Counted from the stretch's first letter, positions 11,653 to 23,932 are shown. The stretch: 64,000 bases of DNA from Octopus vulgaris (GCA_951406725.2 OX597830.1:3472001-3536000); one strand, 5' to 3'. The notes: a model not told the origin generated them from the sequence alone. Made by a program: numbers and translations.

Positions 11653-12698
11653 TATAGAACTGGTCAGTACAGAAAGCAATGCCATCTTAATTCCCTCTGG
11701 AGGAATAAACTGGAGACAGACTTCTGTGTGCAGGTGTGTCTGAGAGTCTTTTATCTCTGGCGACAAAAGATCCAGGTACACAAGGAGTATGTGGTGCTGT
11801 AGAAGAATATGGCAATAAATGGTGTTTGGGGGTGAGAGATGAAAGAATAGAATGGAAGTGAGGGGTAGCGTCAGGGAAGGAAGAGAAAGAGGGAGAAAGA
11901 GAAAGAGAGAGAGAGACGAGAGGAAACAGACAGATAGATAGAGTGAGTGAGAGAGAGATTAATGGAACCGGTAGTGTACGACACACTCGTATAATATATA
12001 TGAACAGAGATGAAAACTAAAAGGTGTCGTTTTATTACCACCGGTCAGTTTATGAATTCAGCAAAAAGGTAAGAAAAAACTTCCATCATTGATACAAAGG
12101 CTGAGAAGATTCACGGAAAATTTTTGGTTTCGTTTTGAGCAGATTTTCCGAAATCTTTTGGAAGAAATTGTTGCAAATATCTGTTTCAACTGAAATATTT
12201 TCGTGTTTGATTCAAAGACAGATTTCTGCCCCAACCCCACCTTCAGATAGAAATGGATAACTTCTAATGAAATTGTCTACGAATATGTGTTATATCATGT
12301 AGATTCCGAATATACAAAATTTTGGAGGAAAGTATTTTAGGAGGAGTTTTGGTGGGGAATTTCGGAGAATTTACTGGAGTTCACTTCAGTTTGTCTTAAC
12401 TTTCAAGAAAATGGATATTTTTTAATGAAATTCTCTACAAATAAACTGAGGACATAGGAATTTTGGGGGCTATTTTTGAGAACTGTTCCTGACTCGCAGG
12501 TGTTTCTGAACAAGTCGTCCATATTTGTTTTATTTTCTCCTTTTTGTGCGTTTGTGCATCCGTAGATTTCTACTGAAGCAACAAACAGGCAACGAAGGCA
12601 AATGAAACCCCCACCAGGAAACTTGTTATGCTAGAAATAACAGCTAAAGGTCTGCTGCACAGAAATATGTTATAAAGACGACTTATCTGTTGCATACG
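11360..12698 (-). mobile_element. Non-autonomous Helitron-like element, copy 1
   Basis: Collinear and highly similar to 29161-30516 over about 1.3 kb, including the internal (TG)n and (GA)n tracts and the terminal hairpin. It follows a truncated SINE A head (11257-11345). Confidence 0.65.
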
Positions 12699-12791
12699 GA
12701 TTTTTTTGGGGGGAGGGGGGTAATGCAGTTTCGCACCACACCTTGAAAAATGCATTTGGTTTGAAATCGGTTTTTTTTCAGATTCCTACGC

Positions 12792-13229
12792 AGATCTTTT
12801 CAGTTTGAACGGCAGTTTTTAACATAATTTCTTGGTAACTAAAAAAATTTTAAACTTCGTATACTGGTAGAACGTGTTTATAAAACATCTTTTTCTCTTG
12901 GCTTTATTGAGAAAGTTCTATAGTTTGTAAGATATTTGTTGTTTTTTTTCTTCAATTTCTGCAATTTCAACCAATCAATGACGTCCATTGAGGTAAAAAA
13001 AACATTCTGTGCCGTATGAATCTGTCCCTCGTTTAAGAAACAGATTGGGTTTATTTACATTTGTGAAGAAAAAAGATACCCTCCCCCACCCCTAACCCTA
13101 AATGTAACCCTACCCTAACTAATCCTAAAACAGATTGAAATGCAATAGATTGATACTAGGGTCATAATTATGGGTGACAATTTCATATGACACTGCTAGA
13201 AAAAACTGCCGTTCAAACTGAAAAGATCC
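12792..13229. mobile_element. MITE with ~29-bp TIRs and an 8-bp TSD (Merlin-like)
   Basis: TIR (G/A)GATCTTTTCAGTTTGAACGGCAGTTTTT at both ends. TSD TCCTACGC at 12784-12791 and 13230-13237. A GG terminus with an 8-bp TSD fits Merlin. Confidence 0.85.
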
Positions 13230-13449
13230 TCCTACGCTTTAGATGTCGGAGATTATGAATATGCAAAAAAAAAAATTAACACCCCACCCCCAAACGCCAC
13301 CCCTTCCCACTCCCATTTAAAATTTTGAACTTCTTTGAAATTTTTTTTTCTCTTTTGTTTTAGATGACGTAGATTCTGGATATGCCAGAAACCACGTTTT
13401 GAAACTTTTAAATTCCATAAGCATATACATAGGTGTATAAAGAGAGATG

Positions 13450-13730
13450 TGAATGCCTTCCTAGTGGTTAGAGCAGCGAAATCACGGTCTAGGGACTGCA
13501 GGTTCGAATCTCAGACCGTGTGATGTGTGTGTTTATGAGCGAAAACACCTAAGCTCCACGCGAATTTCTGCTGACTCTTTTGCCACAACTTTCTCTCACT
13601 CTTTCCTCCTGCATTTTGCAGCTCACCTGCGACGGACCGGCGTCCCATCCAGGTGGGGAACCTATACGCCAAGGAAACTGGGAAACCGGCCCTTATGAGT
13701 CAGGTGTGGCTCGAGAAAGAATTAACAAAA
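13450..13730 (+). mobile_element. tRNA-derived SINE (related to family C)
   Basis: CCTAGTGGTTAGAGC...GGTTCGAATCTC head. The 3' part GACCGGCGTCCC.TCCAGGTG...AAACCGGCCCTTATGAG is shared with 21675-21927. Confidence 0.8.
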
Positions 13731-15160
13731 TGTCTTCCTGGGGCTAAGAACAACAGTAACACCGTCTTCTGTTGGACCGCCACATTTAGTTGACAAATAT
13801 ATTTTATGAATAAATGGATAGGGATAAATGGATTGACAGACAAATAAATAAATGGATGAAAAAGTTCAAAATTTGAAATTGGGGGAGGGGGTGAAATTTG
13901 AGCCCCTTATTAAACTTTTTAACATTAATTATTAAATATTAAGGTGGAAATGAAAATCTTAAAACAATACTGGAATGGGTGTTAAACAATGTGTAGGAAA
14001 CAAATATGGAAGAAGAAATTTGCGCAAAGCAACAGAAGGGTGGGGAGAGGACTTTGGAAAATTCACAAGGTCCGAGCTTTTCCCTTGTAATTTTTACGAA
14101 AATGGGTTTTTTTCGATAAAATTTTATAGACATATCTTTTAAACGCCATACATAACGATTATAAAGAAACTTGTGTGGAAAATCTTTTCCAAGGGGGTGG
14201 GGAGAGGACTTTCGGAAAATTTCCAAGATTCGAATTTTCCGCGTTATATTCCGAAATCATATTCAACTTTCTACAGATACCCTTGCATTGTACTACACTA
14301 TGTAGTGTTTATTTATATCCACTTTAAATAACTTTTAATGTTTTGCCTTCAATTTTGTTTCATTTTATCTTTTATTTTTACGCTTTTTTAACCCTTTGTC
14401 TTTATTTTCATTCACTCCTTATCACTTTCGCTCTCTCTCTCTCTCTCTCTCTTTCTCTGGTTATGAGGGAAAAACTTGAATCTTGTGAATTTTCCAAAGT
14501 CTTCTTGTTTTACACCCATTCCAGTATTGTTTTTGGATTTTCATTTCCAGATCAAGATGTAAACATTAACCAATATTAATGTTTCTTTTTCCTCATAAAA
14601 TGTCTCACATGGGGATGTGGTGTATATTTAATTTACATTATATTATTATTTACGATTAATTTAAGGCAAACACATAAAATGCTAATTCTTCTTACTTTAA
14701 TGTTTTTGCTTGTATTTAATTTCAATTTGCATATGTTCTTCAATTTGCTACGATCTCTTTAAAGTAAATAAAATCAAAAAATTTAATTGGGGGCGGTGGG
14801 GCTGAAATTTAAAAAAAGTTTTTCTTTTTGCATATTCGTAATCTCCAACATCTAAAACGTAGGAATCCGAAAAAACAATTTTTTTTTGAAAAATGCCAAT
14901 TATAATTCTTAAATAGGTTAGAGGAGAGCAGAAAGTGGACTTCCATTTATATTTATTTATCACAAATATTTTAAAAGAAGGATTCTCCTGATGTGTGACA
15001 TGAAATAAAGATAGACTCTGAAGGTAGTTTTTACAAAAAACTGCATTGGTGGTCTGTGAGAAGAGAAAGATTTCACAGATGGAAAACAGTCTTATACTTC
15101 AGATTAGAAATATCATTGTCCAAAAAATGGGCCAAAGGTTGGCAATGGCATCACTCGAAA

Positions 15161-15362
15161 TCTGAGATTACTTTGTTAAATGTAATACTTATTTATTCAC
15201 TTTGTCTTGAATTAATCATGCATTATCTTATAGCTTCAAGATTTCAATGATGTGATTGTATACTTTTGGAACATTATAGGGTTGGTGTGAGAGGCCAGAT
15301 CCGGCCAGTTGAAACAGGTTGAAATATTTGGATCGGATGTGGCCAGTTTAGATGCTAAAGGG
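15161..15362. mobile_element. piggyBac-type MITE with the left end lost
   Basis: Ends in GATGCTAAAGGG followed by TTAA. No matching left TIR is visible. Confidence 0.4.
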
Positions 15363-16271
15363 TTAAAATATTTAGTGAATACAAGGATCAAGTTGTAAAC
15401 GTAACTGTTTTGGAATAACAGACAAGGCATCACCAATTCCAAAGAATTACACTTGATTTATTTTTGCTTAGATTCAATGTTAGTTTTCTTAACAAAACAA
15501 CATTTCTCAACAAGTCATTGTAATTCTTTGCAATTAATCAAACATATATTTAAATCAAATAAGTTGTTGATATGTTGGTTTGGCATTTCATTACCTACTT
15601 TGTAAACATGAAAACATAAGAATATTTTCTCTAACTGCAAGAATAAGGCTATTCCAATAATGTTGATTACTAAAAATGGAAATATGTCGGATAAAAATCT
15701 GTTATGAGGACACGAACAAAACAAATGTAAACAGTTAGGATATGGTGTGAATTTCATCTGACAGAATGTTTGAAGAATACATGGTTAAAAGAAAGAAAAC
15801 AACTTAATGAAAATATTGTTGATTGCTTACGACAAATACAGACATTAATGAAGCTACTTAAAGACAACAAACCAAATAAAGAATTGATATACACAGTCTA
15901 GACTGGTATGTTGAACATACATGGCAAACAACACAGTAGCGGATAGCAAACATTAGCCGTTACATACGTAGATTAATAGTGAAGGCATCTACACAGCACT
16001 GGAAATCCGATATTAGTTATATTTCAAGAAATATATTATCTTCTATTGTTTGTCCAACAGCATTTAGCATATTTCTAAAGTTTATGAAGATACTAGGAAT
16101 TCTAGATACAAGCGTTTATTCATCTAAGAGAATAGACAGGAAATGAATTTAAAGAAAACTTCACATTTCTGTATAAAGAGTTTAGATAAGTACAAAAGTA
16201 ATTTATTGACAAAGCAGCAGAAAAATATATTGCTTGTGCCACAACAATGAAAGCCAGCTAACAATTAGAGA

Positions 16272-16363
16272 TATGTGTGTGTGTGTGTGTGTGTATGTGC
16301 ATGCATACATAAATATGTATACATACATATATTTATATCTATATGTATACATATATTTATATA

Positions 16364-16401
<38 letters not shown>

Positions 16402-16620
16402 CATACATGCATATATATATACACACATACATACATATATATATATATACGCACATATATATATATATATATATATATAGATATACACTTGTGCATAGAT
16501 ATATACATATACATACACACTTACATATACATGTATATATGCATATGTGCATATGCATATATATAGCTGTTTATATTATATACATATATATATATATATA
16601 TATGCATATGTGTGTATGTA
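16272..16620. repeat. Compound (TG)/(TA)/(CA) microsatellite
   Basis: Direct reading. Confidence 0.95.
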
Positions 16621-17635
16621 TATTAGCTTCACTATTATGACGCCAAGTTGCGTTTATCAGTAATTTTGTATAATATTCCTCATCGAGAAAGCGACGTCTT
16701 TCATCAGATAAACCATAAACTTTCCTTGTGTACAGAATCGAAATAAAACTCTAAAGCGATCAATTTTATCTTTATTTGCTTATCCATGTTCATAGTTTGT
16801 ACAAGTCTGTTTAATAATCTACTGCCCTATCTGTGTCATCTCACCTGTGATGTACAACACCCTACACTCTCCACCTCCTCCCCAAATCTTAATTTACCTT
16901 TGTTTGTGTATACTTAGTAGAATTATCTTTTACAGAAGCAATTATTTCTTCACGATGCATGTTCTTCATACTGCAGTGTACTCTATAACATGTGGTAACA
17001 AATATATTTCTTATATAATAAAGCTTTCTTTACCTAATCAAATTCATTGCAATTTCATATCACAAAATCTCCAAGATCGTTTTGATATCTTTGCTAACCA
17101 CTCATTCTAGATTGTCTGTCTTCGCTATTCATATTTCAGTAAATTATAACATCACAATTCTTGAGTGGAATAGTTATATTGATAAAGTAATTGGGTCTAA
17201 AAGCTGACATACAAACTTTAAGATATTTCTGCTTCAATGGACAGAAATTATTGGGTATTATGTACAAGTGTGTGTGTTTGTCTGTACATTTATCTATTTT
17301 ATCTGCCTAATATATCTCTCAATGTAATATATATCTGTCTGTCAATCTTTCTACCTATTAATAACTAGCAGAGAAGAAGATGAAGGTATCAATTGTACAT
17401 AAATTTAATATTTGTTAAAATTGTTTTAATAAAATTTATATAATACATATAAATGACTATGTGTAAATAGATTATACAACACTTGTATAACTTTATACGT
17501 GACTGAACAGCAAGGAATGGCGCTTCATCAGATACTTACCTAACCCAGCTATAATACATGATATATATATATATATTATATAAATACATATAAATTTATT
17601 TGTTATTAATGATGGAAGCTGTATTAGTTCGAAAT

Positions 17636-18412
17636 AGCAATATGTACATCTTACTTAATATGGATATAATGTAAGAACACCATAATATCATGGCATTCAT
17701 CTTGAGAAGGCATCGTGTTGAGACATATAGTGCTAAAAATCATAGAAGTAACAGAAGCAATTGAAAAGTGTCCAGCAGTAGCAATGGAATTGGTAGATTC
17801 TGGGATTTCTGTGTATTTGTGCATTGTCAATAGCAAATATCCACTCCCAACTGCATGCTTAGGCAAATTTCCCCAATCATTGGTTAACTGCTGTTTTTCT
17901 TTCCAGGGACCACCAAAAGTAACATTGATGATACAGCATGGAAAGATGAGGCTAGTTGCACACTGCATCAGACACACGGATGAAATTACTAACAAGTGCT
18001 CTGGCAACTAACGGAAGGAGGAAGACGACCTATATCAAGAACTTGTCGGAGGATACTGGTATGGAAGGGGTACAGGAGCTGAGGACCATTATGGAAGATC
18101 GGGATGAATGGGGAGAACATGTGGAAACAGTCTTAGGGTATCCTGCAGGACGAGATAGTTAGACAGACATACACAAAATGCTCCCTAATCATGTAGCAGA
18201 TGGAGGATATTTGCTACTGATGATGTGCATGTATGCAGAAATTCCTAGATCTAGCAATTCGACCATGACTGCTCAGCATTTTTCATCTACCACTGATATT
18301 TCTGTGCTTTTTAGCACTATATGTCTATTTGAGATGCTCTCTCAAAACAGATACAACAATATTATGGCATTCTTACAATATATAATCACAACAAGTAAGA
18401 TATACAGATTGC
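17636..18412. mobile_element. Old foldback or MITE with ~235-bp diverged inverted arms
   Basis: 17636-17870 aligns to the reverse complement of 18175-18412. Shared blocks include AGACATATAGTGCTAAAAA, TAGCAAATATCC and ATCTTACTT. Confidence 0.75.
17885..18165 (+). mobile_element. RTE LINE C-terminal fragment between the foldback arms
   Basis: MRLVAHCIRHTDE and GRRKTTYIKNLSEDTG...ELRTIMEDRDEW resemble RTE ORF ends. Confidence 0.75.
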
Positions 18413-18452
<40 letters not shown>

Positions 18453-18661
18453 TATTTGGGAAGCTAATGATGGGAATGCACATTTGTTATGCTCAATTGT
18501 GAATTTCTTATATCTTAGTCTCATTATTCCGAATTGTCCTTCAGTGGAAAATGTCTGTAGATTCATGGGATTCACTTTGATATTTCTTCATAGGTAACCT
18601 AATTTGATATTGGTGTCTAGTTTTGAGAGGTTCTGTGGCAGATATATATATATATATATAT

Positions 18662-18855
18662 AGTTAATCCAAACATGAAAACACAACAACGCGAGGACAT
18701 GGAACAAGTATAATATTATTGGACGCTCAGGAAAGAAGGAAAGAAGGAGGATTCAACGTTTCAAGCGGAGCACTTTGTCAGAAACATAGGAAAAAGGAAA
18801 GATCCAAAGAAGGGAAGACGGAGGAAAAACATCGCCAACGATACACACGCGGTCG
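18662..18855 (-). mobile_element. Penelope-like terminal-repeat fragment with a degenerate hammerhead motif (18751-18785)
   Basis: Minus strand GTTT-CTGACAA-AGTGC-TCC-GCTT-GAAACGTT-GAAT. Same family as 60890-61040. It sits next to a (TA)n tract. Confidence 0.55.
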
Positions 18856-19241
18856 GCTTCACTAACAAGTTTATGTAGTTGCTACACTGAAAGACTAACT
18901 TAAATGATGTTATTGATTATTGAAAACGAATAAGAGAGACTGTTTGCTTCGCAATTTTTGTCATTGAAGTTTCACCATCACTATGCTGCAACCATTTACA
19001 TATTTCTAACTCCACCATCTTCTTTATCAGAGAAGTTTTTGAAAGTCAGTAATTGTACAGAACTCAATAGTTTATAAAAAGCTCAATGGATTTGTCCCAC
19101 TTATCTCCTGATTGTTTCTATGGAGGTCTCTACCTTAAAATTACTACCAAGAATTCCAGCATTTTCTCCTTTACCTATCCATTGCCTTTATTAAACAATT
19201 TTCTTGTGTCTTCCATTTCATACTTTATAAATATAGAGAGC

Positions 19242-21024
19242 TGAATGGTTAGTGAGAGCTGTGCAAGCCATGTACAGGGACGCTGTAAGTAAGGTAAGGG
19301 TTGGCAATGAGTACACTGAAGAATTCAAGGTAGAGGTTGGGGTCCACCAGGGTTCAGTCCTCAGCCCCCCTCCTATTTATCATAGTCTTCCAGGTAATAA
19401 CAGAGGAATTCAAGACAGGATGCCCCTGGGAGCTCCTCTATGCTGATGACCTTGCTCTAATTTCTGAGTCACTATCAAAACTAGAGGAGAAGTTTCAAGT
19501 GTGGAAACAAGGGTTAGAATCGAAGGGCCTTAAAATCAACCTAGCTAAAACTAAAGTCCTAATAAGTAGGAAGGCAGGCAAACCACAAATCCCTTCAGGT
19601 AGATGGCCCTGCTTGATCTGTTGTAGAGGCATAGGTAGAAACTCTATAAGATGTATCCAGTGTAAGCTATGGACACATAAGAGGTGCAGTAATATCAAAG
19701 GAAGGCTAACTGGGAAGATAGTTTTTGTATGTGGCAGATGCTCGGGAGGGATAAACACTGGAAATGCGCAGAGACCAACTTCCGCCACATTCCAGGGAGA
19801 AAAACTAGATGTAGTTGATAGCTTCCGATATCTAGGTGACCAAATCAGTAGCGAAGGAAGGTGAGCTGAAAGTGTAGCTGCTAGAATAAGAATAGCTTGG
19901 GCAAAGATCAGAGAGCTCTTACCTTTGCTGGTGACAAAGGGCCTCTCGCTCAGAGTAAAAGGTAGACTGTATGATGCATGTGTACGAACAGCCATGCTAC
20001 ACAGCAGTGAAACATGGGTTGTGACTGTTGAGGACATGCGTAAGCTCGCAAGGAATGAAGCCAGTATGATCAGATGGATGTGTAATGTCAGTGTGCATAC
20101 TCGGCAGAATGTAAGTACCTTAAGAGAAAAGTTGGACCTAAGAAGCATCAGATGTGGTGTGCAAGAGAGACAACTGCATTGGTATGGTCATGTGGCGAGA
20201 ATGGATGAGGATAGCTGTGTGAAAAAGTTCCACACCCTAGTGGTTGAGGGAACCTGTGGAAGAGGTAGACCCAGGAAGACCTGGGATGAAGTGGTGAAGC
20301 ATGACCATCGAACATTAGGCCTCACCAAGGAAATGACTAGCGACTGAGACCTTTGGAAAAATGCTGTGCTTGAGAAGACTTGGCAAGCCAAATGAGACCA
20401 TAACCTGTGGCCTATGCCAGGAGCTTAACCAGCCCGCTTATGCGTACCTTTTCCTTCTTTGGTCATTAACCCCTGCTTGCGAAGACCTGTTGAGGCAAGT
20501 GAAATCGAAATCAAAATCAATTCAATGACTGGCATCTGTGCTAGTGGAGTGCAAAGAGCACCATATGAGTGTTATCGTTGACAGAGCGGCTATTCGAGTA
20601 TGATCGTTACCAGCTTCACCTTACTGGCACTCATGCCTGTGCTAGTAGGGTGCCAAGAGCACCATCCGAGCGTGATTGTTGCCAGAGCAGCCAACTGGCT
20701 TCCGTACCCGTAGCACGTAACTAGGGCACCATTCGAGCATGATCGTTAACAACATCGCTTCACTGGCACCTGTGCCGGTGGTACGTGTAAAAGATTCGAG
20801 CGAGTACCGCCTGACTGGCCCCTGTGCTGGTGTCACGTAAAAAGCACCCACTACACTCTCGGAGTGGTTGGCGTTAGGAAGGGCATCCAGCTGTAGAAAC
20901 TCTGCCAGATCAAGATTAGAGCCTGGTGCAGCCATCTGGCTCACCAGCTCTCAGTCAAAATTGTCCAACCCATGCTAGCATGGAAAGCGGAAGTTAAACG
21001 ATGATGATGATGATGATGATGATG
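19242..21024 (+). mobile_element. RTE-clade LINE, 5'-truncated: RT domain to (GAT)n tail; inactivated
   Basis: GVHQGSVLSP/LLF, LLYADD, GLKINLAKTK, FRYLG, LHWYGHV and RGRPRKTW. Frameshift in the C-run at about 19365 and a stop at 19862-19864. Tail at 21000-21024. Confidence 0.97.
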
Positions 21025-21674
21025 GTATCCCTATAATTAAAAACACATTTTTCCCCTCGGAATTCTATTTTGTTATAATAACTGCATTTAAACCCTAGTT
21101 CACTCGTAACACTTTACAAAATTTCTATTTTATTTTCCAATCACATATATATATATATAGTGACTGATTCATTGATTTACCTTTAAATATAGTTTTAATA
21201 CAACATCCTTAATTCAGGGTGTTTAACTTCTTGTTATTGATTATTTGTGAATTAATGTCAAGACGGCTTCTACAAATTAAGCAGTTTCCATCTCTCCTTA
21301 CAATTTATTGACACTGTCTTTAAATGTTATATTAATACCTACCAAAGTATCAATCAAACACACAGCCCCCATCGCAACCCCCAATAAACAGCTTTTAGAT
21401 TTCATTGTCTTAAATCCAAACTTACTACTTACCCTTGGTAAGCATATTCTTCATATAGGATTAAATTTATTTCACTATTATCTGTCTTGCATGGCAATGA
21501 TATCAAAAGTAAAACTAACTCTTAGTCCAAGCCAGATAACGGGATTTCTAAAGAGTGTCAAGTAAAAAATTAATTATAGAAAGTTAACACATCAGTAAAA
21601 TTGGTAGTGCCATTGTTTAACCTTCTTATATGTCATAGTAAAGTGGAACAGAGTTCTATTGTTATAAATAAATA

Positions 21675-21927
21675 AATATTCCTTCTCGAGCCATGCCAGG
21701 CTCATAAGGGCCGGTTTCTTGGTTTCAGTGGTGTAGAAATTCCACACCTGGACGGGACGCCGGTCTATCACAGGATTACTCATTTTTGCTAGCTGAGTAG
21801 ACTGGAGCAACATGAAAATGACGTGTTTTGCTCAAGAACACAACACATCGCCCGGTCCAGGAATTGAAAACAGATCCTTATGATCATGAGTTCAACATCC
21901 TAACCACTAAGCCATGCGCCTCCGCAC
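21675..21927 (-). mobile_element. SINE family C (CORE-like)
   Basis: Reverse complement GGAGGCGCATGGCTTAGTGGTTAGG...GTGTTCTTGAGCAAAACAC...TTGCTCCAGTCTACTCAGCT. Confidence 0.85.
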
Positions 21928-22189
21928 AGTTATAAATAGGACCATCAAAATCATAAAAGTTCTTTGTTATCTAACTTTGGAATGGTCTTTCTAAGTATTT
22001 CATAGAACAGCATATTCAGTATATCTTCAAATTCTGTTAGTAATCCAGATTAGGAAAAATCCAAGGATTAATGAGTATCTAAAAACATGGAAACCATAAG
22101 ATCAATGCAACATTGCTCCAGCATCACAGGAGACATTTCATGACTGTCTCCCTGGAATCAATAGGGTAATATTTCCACCAATTCTATTT

Positions 22190-22470
22190 CTTATTTACAT
22201 TATTTACATTTGATGGATATTTGTCCTCATCTTGTTTGTTGTTAACACAACGTTTCAGCTGATATACCCTCCAGCCTTCATCAGGTGTTTTGGGGAAATT
22301 TTGAACCTGGGTTCTCATTCCTAAAGTATTTTTCCATGTTATTGTTATTATTATTATTGTTATTATTATTATTTAGGTCACTGCCTGGAATCGAACTCGG
22401 AATCTTGGGTTAGTAGTCCGCGCTCTTAACTACTATGCCATATGCCCACGGGCATATGGCTTAGTGGTTA
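22190..22470 (-). mobile_element. Chimeric short element: tRNA-like head, (TAA)n spacer, and hammerhead-containing Penelope-like 3' part, with an inverted duplication of the 5' end
   Basis: A-box-like TGGCATAGTAG and B-box GAGTTCGATTCC (22387-22398). TAA tract at about 22338-22374. Hammerhead at 22244-22289. Palindrome at 22427-22470. Confidence 0.7.
22244..22289 (-). ncRNA. Minimal type I hammerhead ribozyme motif
   Basis: AACAC-CUGAUGA-A-GGCUG(gagggtatat)CAGCU-GAAAC-GUU-GUGUU. The core is intact, with a 5-bp stem I, a 5-bp stem II (one G-U) and the loop-less ACGU stem III typical of Penelope-associated hammerheads. Confidence 0.8.
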
Positions 22471-23932
22471 TAGAACTGAATTCTACTTATGTCTTTTTTT
22501 GTCCTATCATGAGATAATTTTACCAGGGCCCCTCACTATTTAATCTAGTTTGCAGGGATTAAGTAAGAAATGATTTATTTTCACAATGTGAATCATATAA
22601 AAAATGTATCCATGGGAATCTGGAAGGATAATAACCTTGTAGCTTCAAAACTATTGAGGAATTTGTCGTTGAATTAAAAGAATTCTGCACAAAAACATTG
22701 AAGAAATGGTGAAGATCTGAAGAGTGAAAATTTGCTTTGGCTTTGATGAGGTTGAACAAATTAGTTGTCTTAGATTTACTTCTCTATTTGCAAGACATAA
22801 TAACTTTGTAATCTGGATAAATACTTAATATAAAAGTGAAAACATCACCAAAACATTTTATTTATCAAAATTTCAAATGAATTTGACAGATACAAACCAA
22901 CAAACAATTCATCAACTCTGATATGAAAAGTGTTAGGAAAGAGCATTTAATACAATTTTAATACAATAGAAAATATAATGGAGCTATTGTTGAAATGTTA
23001 CGTCTTGTTATGAAAGTTTAAAGACAATATAAACGGGATTTTAAACTCAATTTCCATTGCAATTATCCTAAGGCACACACACACACACACACACACACAA
23101 CACACACATGTATACATTCACATAGGCATTGACATGAAGGATTCCATTTACATATATTACAGACACTATTTGTAATTGTCGGAAAATGAAGAGATATTTA
23201 AACAAATCCAAATTATTTTTACAGAGATTCAAGGGAATATGTTCTTATTTTCTTTTAATTTTGTAAAAAGTCCTTCCTGATTCCTTAAGACTTATTTTGC
23301 TTCAAGCAAAGATCAAAGATCATTATTTTTAAAAACAATATTTTGGTAAAATATTCCCAACTGCCAACAATCATTGTTTATTTATAAAGGAAAGTCTTTT
23401 GATTGCTTCACTTCCTACAATTCCCTTTTTATTGATTTAAAAGAAACAAAATGTACTTTTCAGTGGAATTCTGTTGCATCATAAATTAATTAGTTGATTC
23501 CAGTTACATCATTAGTGGGATTAAGTCATCATAACCCTTGTTTTAATCAAATTTAATAAAAAATAAATAGTAAAGGATTTCGTCATAAAAGTATACAACT
23601 TTCATTAGATGTGGTTATTTGATATCGTATTAGATATCAGATTCAGAATCATGTTGTGATTAAACATTACAAAACAATTATTGAATATAGAACTGTAAAA
23701 CAATTATTGTCCATAGAAATGAGTTAATATCTTAACACTTTCAAGTTATTATTTTGAAGCGCTTTTGCTTGTCAAATTCCATTTTTGATGCTCATGATAA
23801 AGAATTTTATGCACAGATTTTACATAATACAGAATAGTTTCTATTTGGGGTTACTTAGGGAAAATTAACCTTGTAAATAAGGTACCACCACTTCATAAAT
23901 CTACATTTTGTGACCCTTGCCTCTTTTTACTA

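Larger units (their letters stand above)
12699..14900. mobile_element. Composite non-autonomous element with nested inverted repeats (foldback-like)
   Basis: 12770-12791 plus 13238-13270 is inverted at about 14826-14876. About 13920-14090 is inverted at about 14460-14585. A related sequence occurs at 30880-31140. Confidence 0.6.

Noticed and set aside
15765-15901. Plus-strand frame CLKNTWLKERKQLNENIVDCLRQIQTLMKLL... that looks like a coiled coil
   Set aside because: It is short, has a weak acceptor, has no partner exons and no recognised homology.
16203-16640. YI/CV/HT-rich ORFs (also at 39374-39588, 41037-41612, 58280-58569 and 61222-61672)
   Set aside because: Dinucleotide microsatellite translations.
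16680-17535. Minus-strand CTGATGA motifs at 16701-16707 and 17525-17531 as hammerheads
   Set aside because: No GAAA follows the putative stem II, and there is no stem I.
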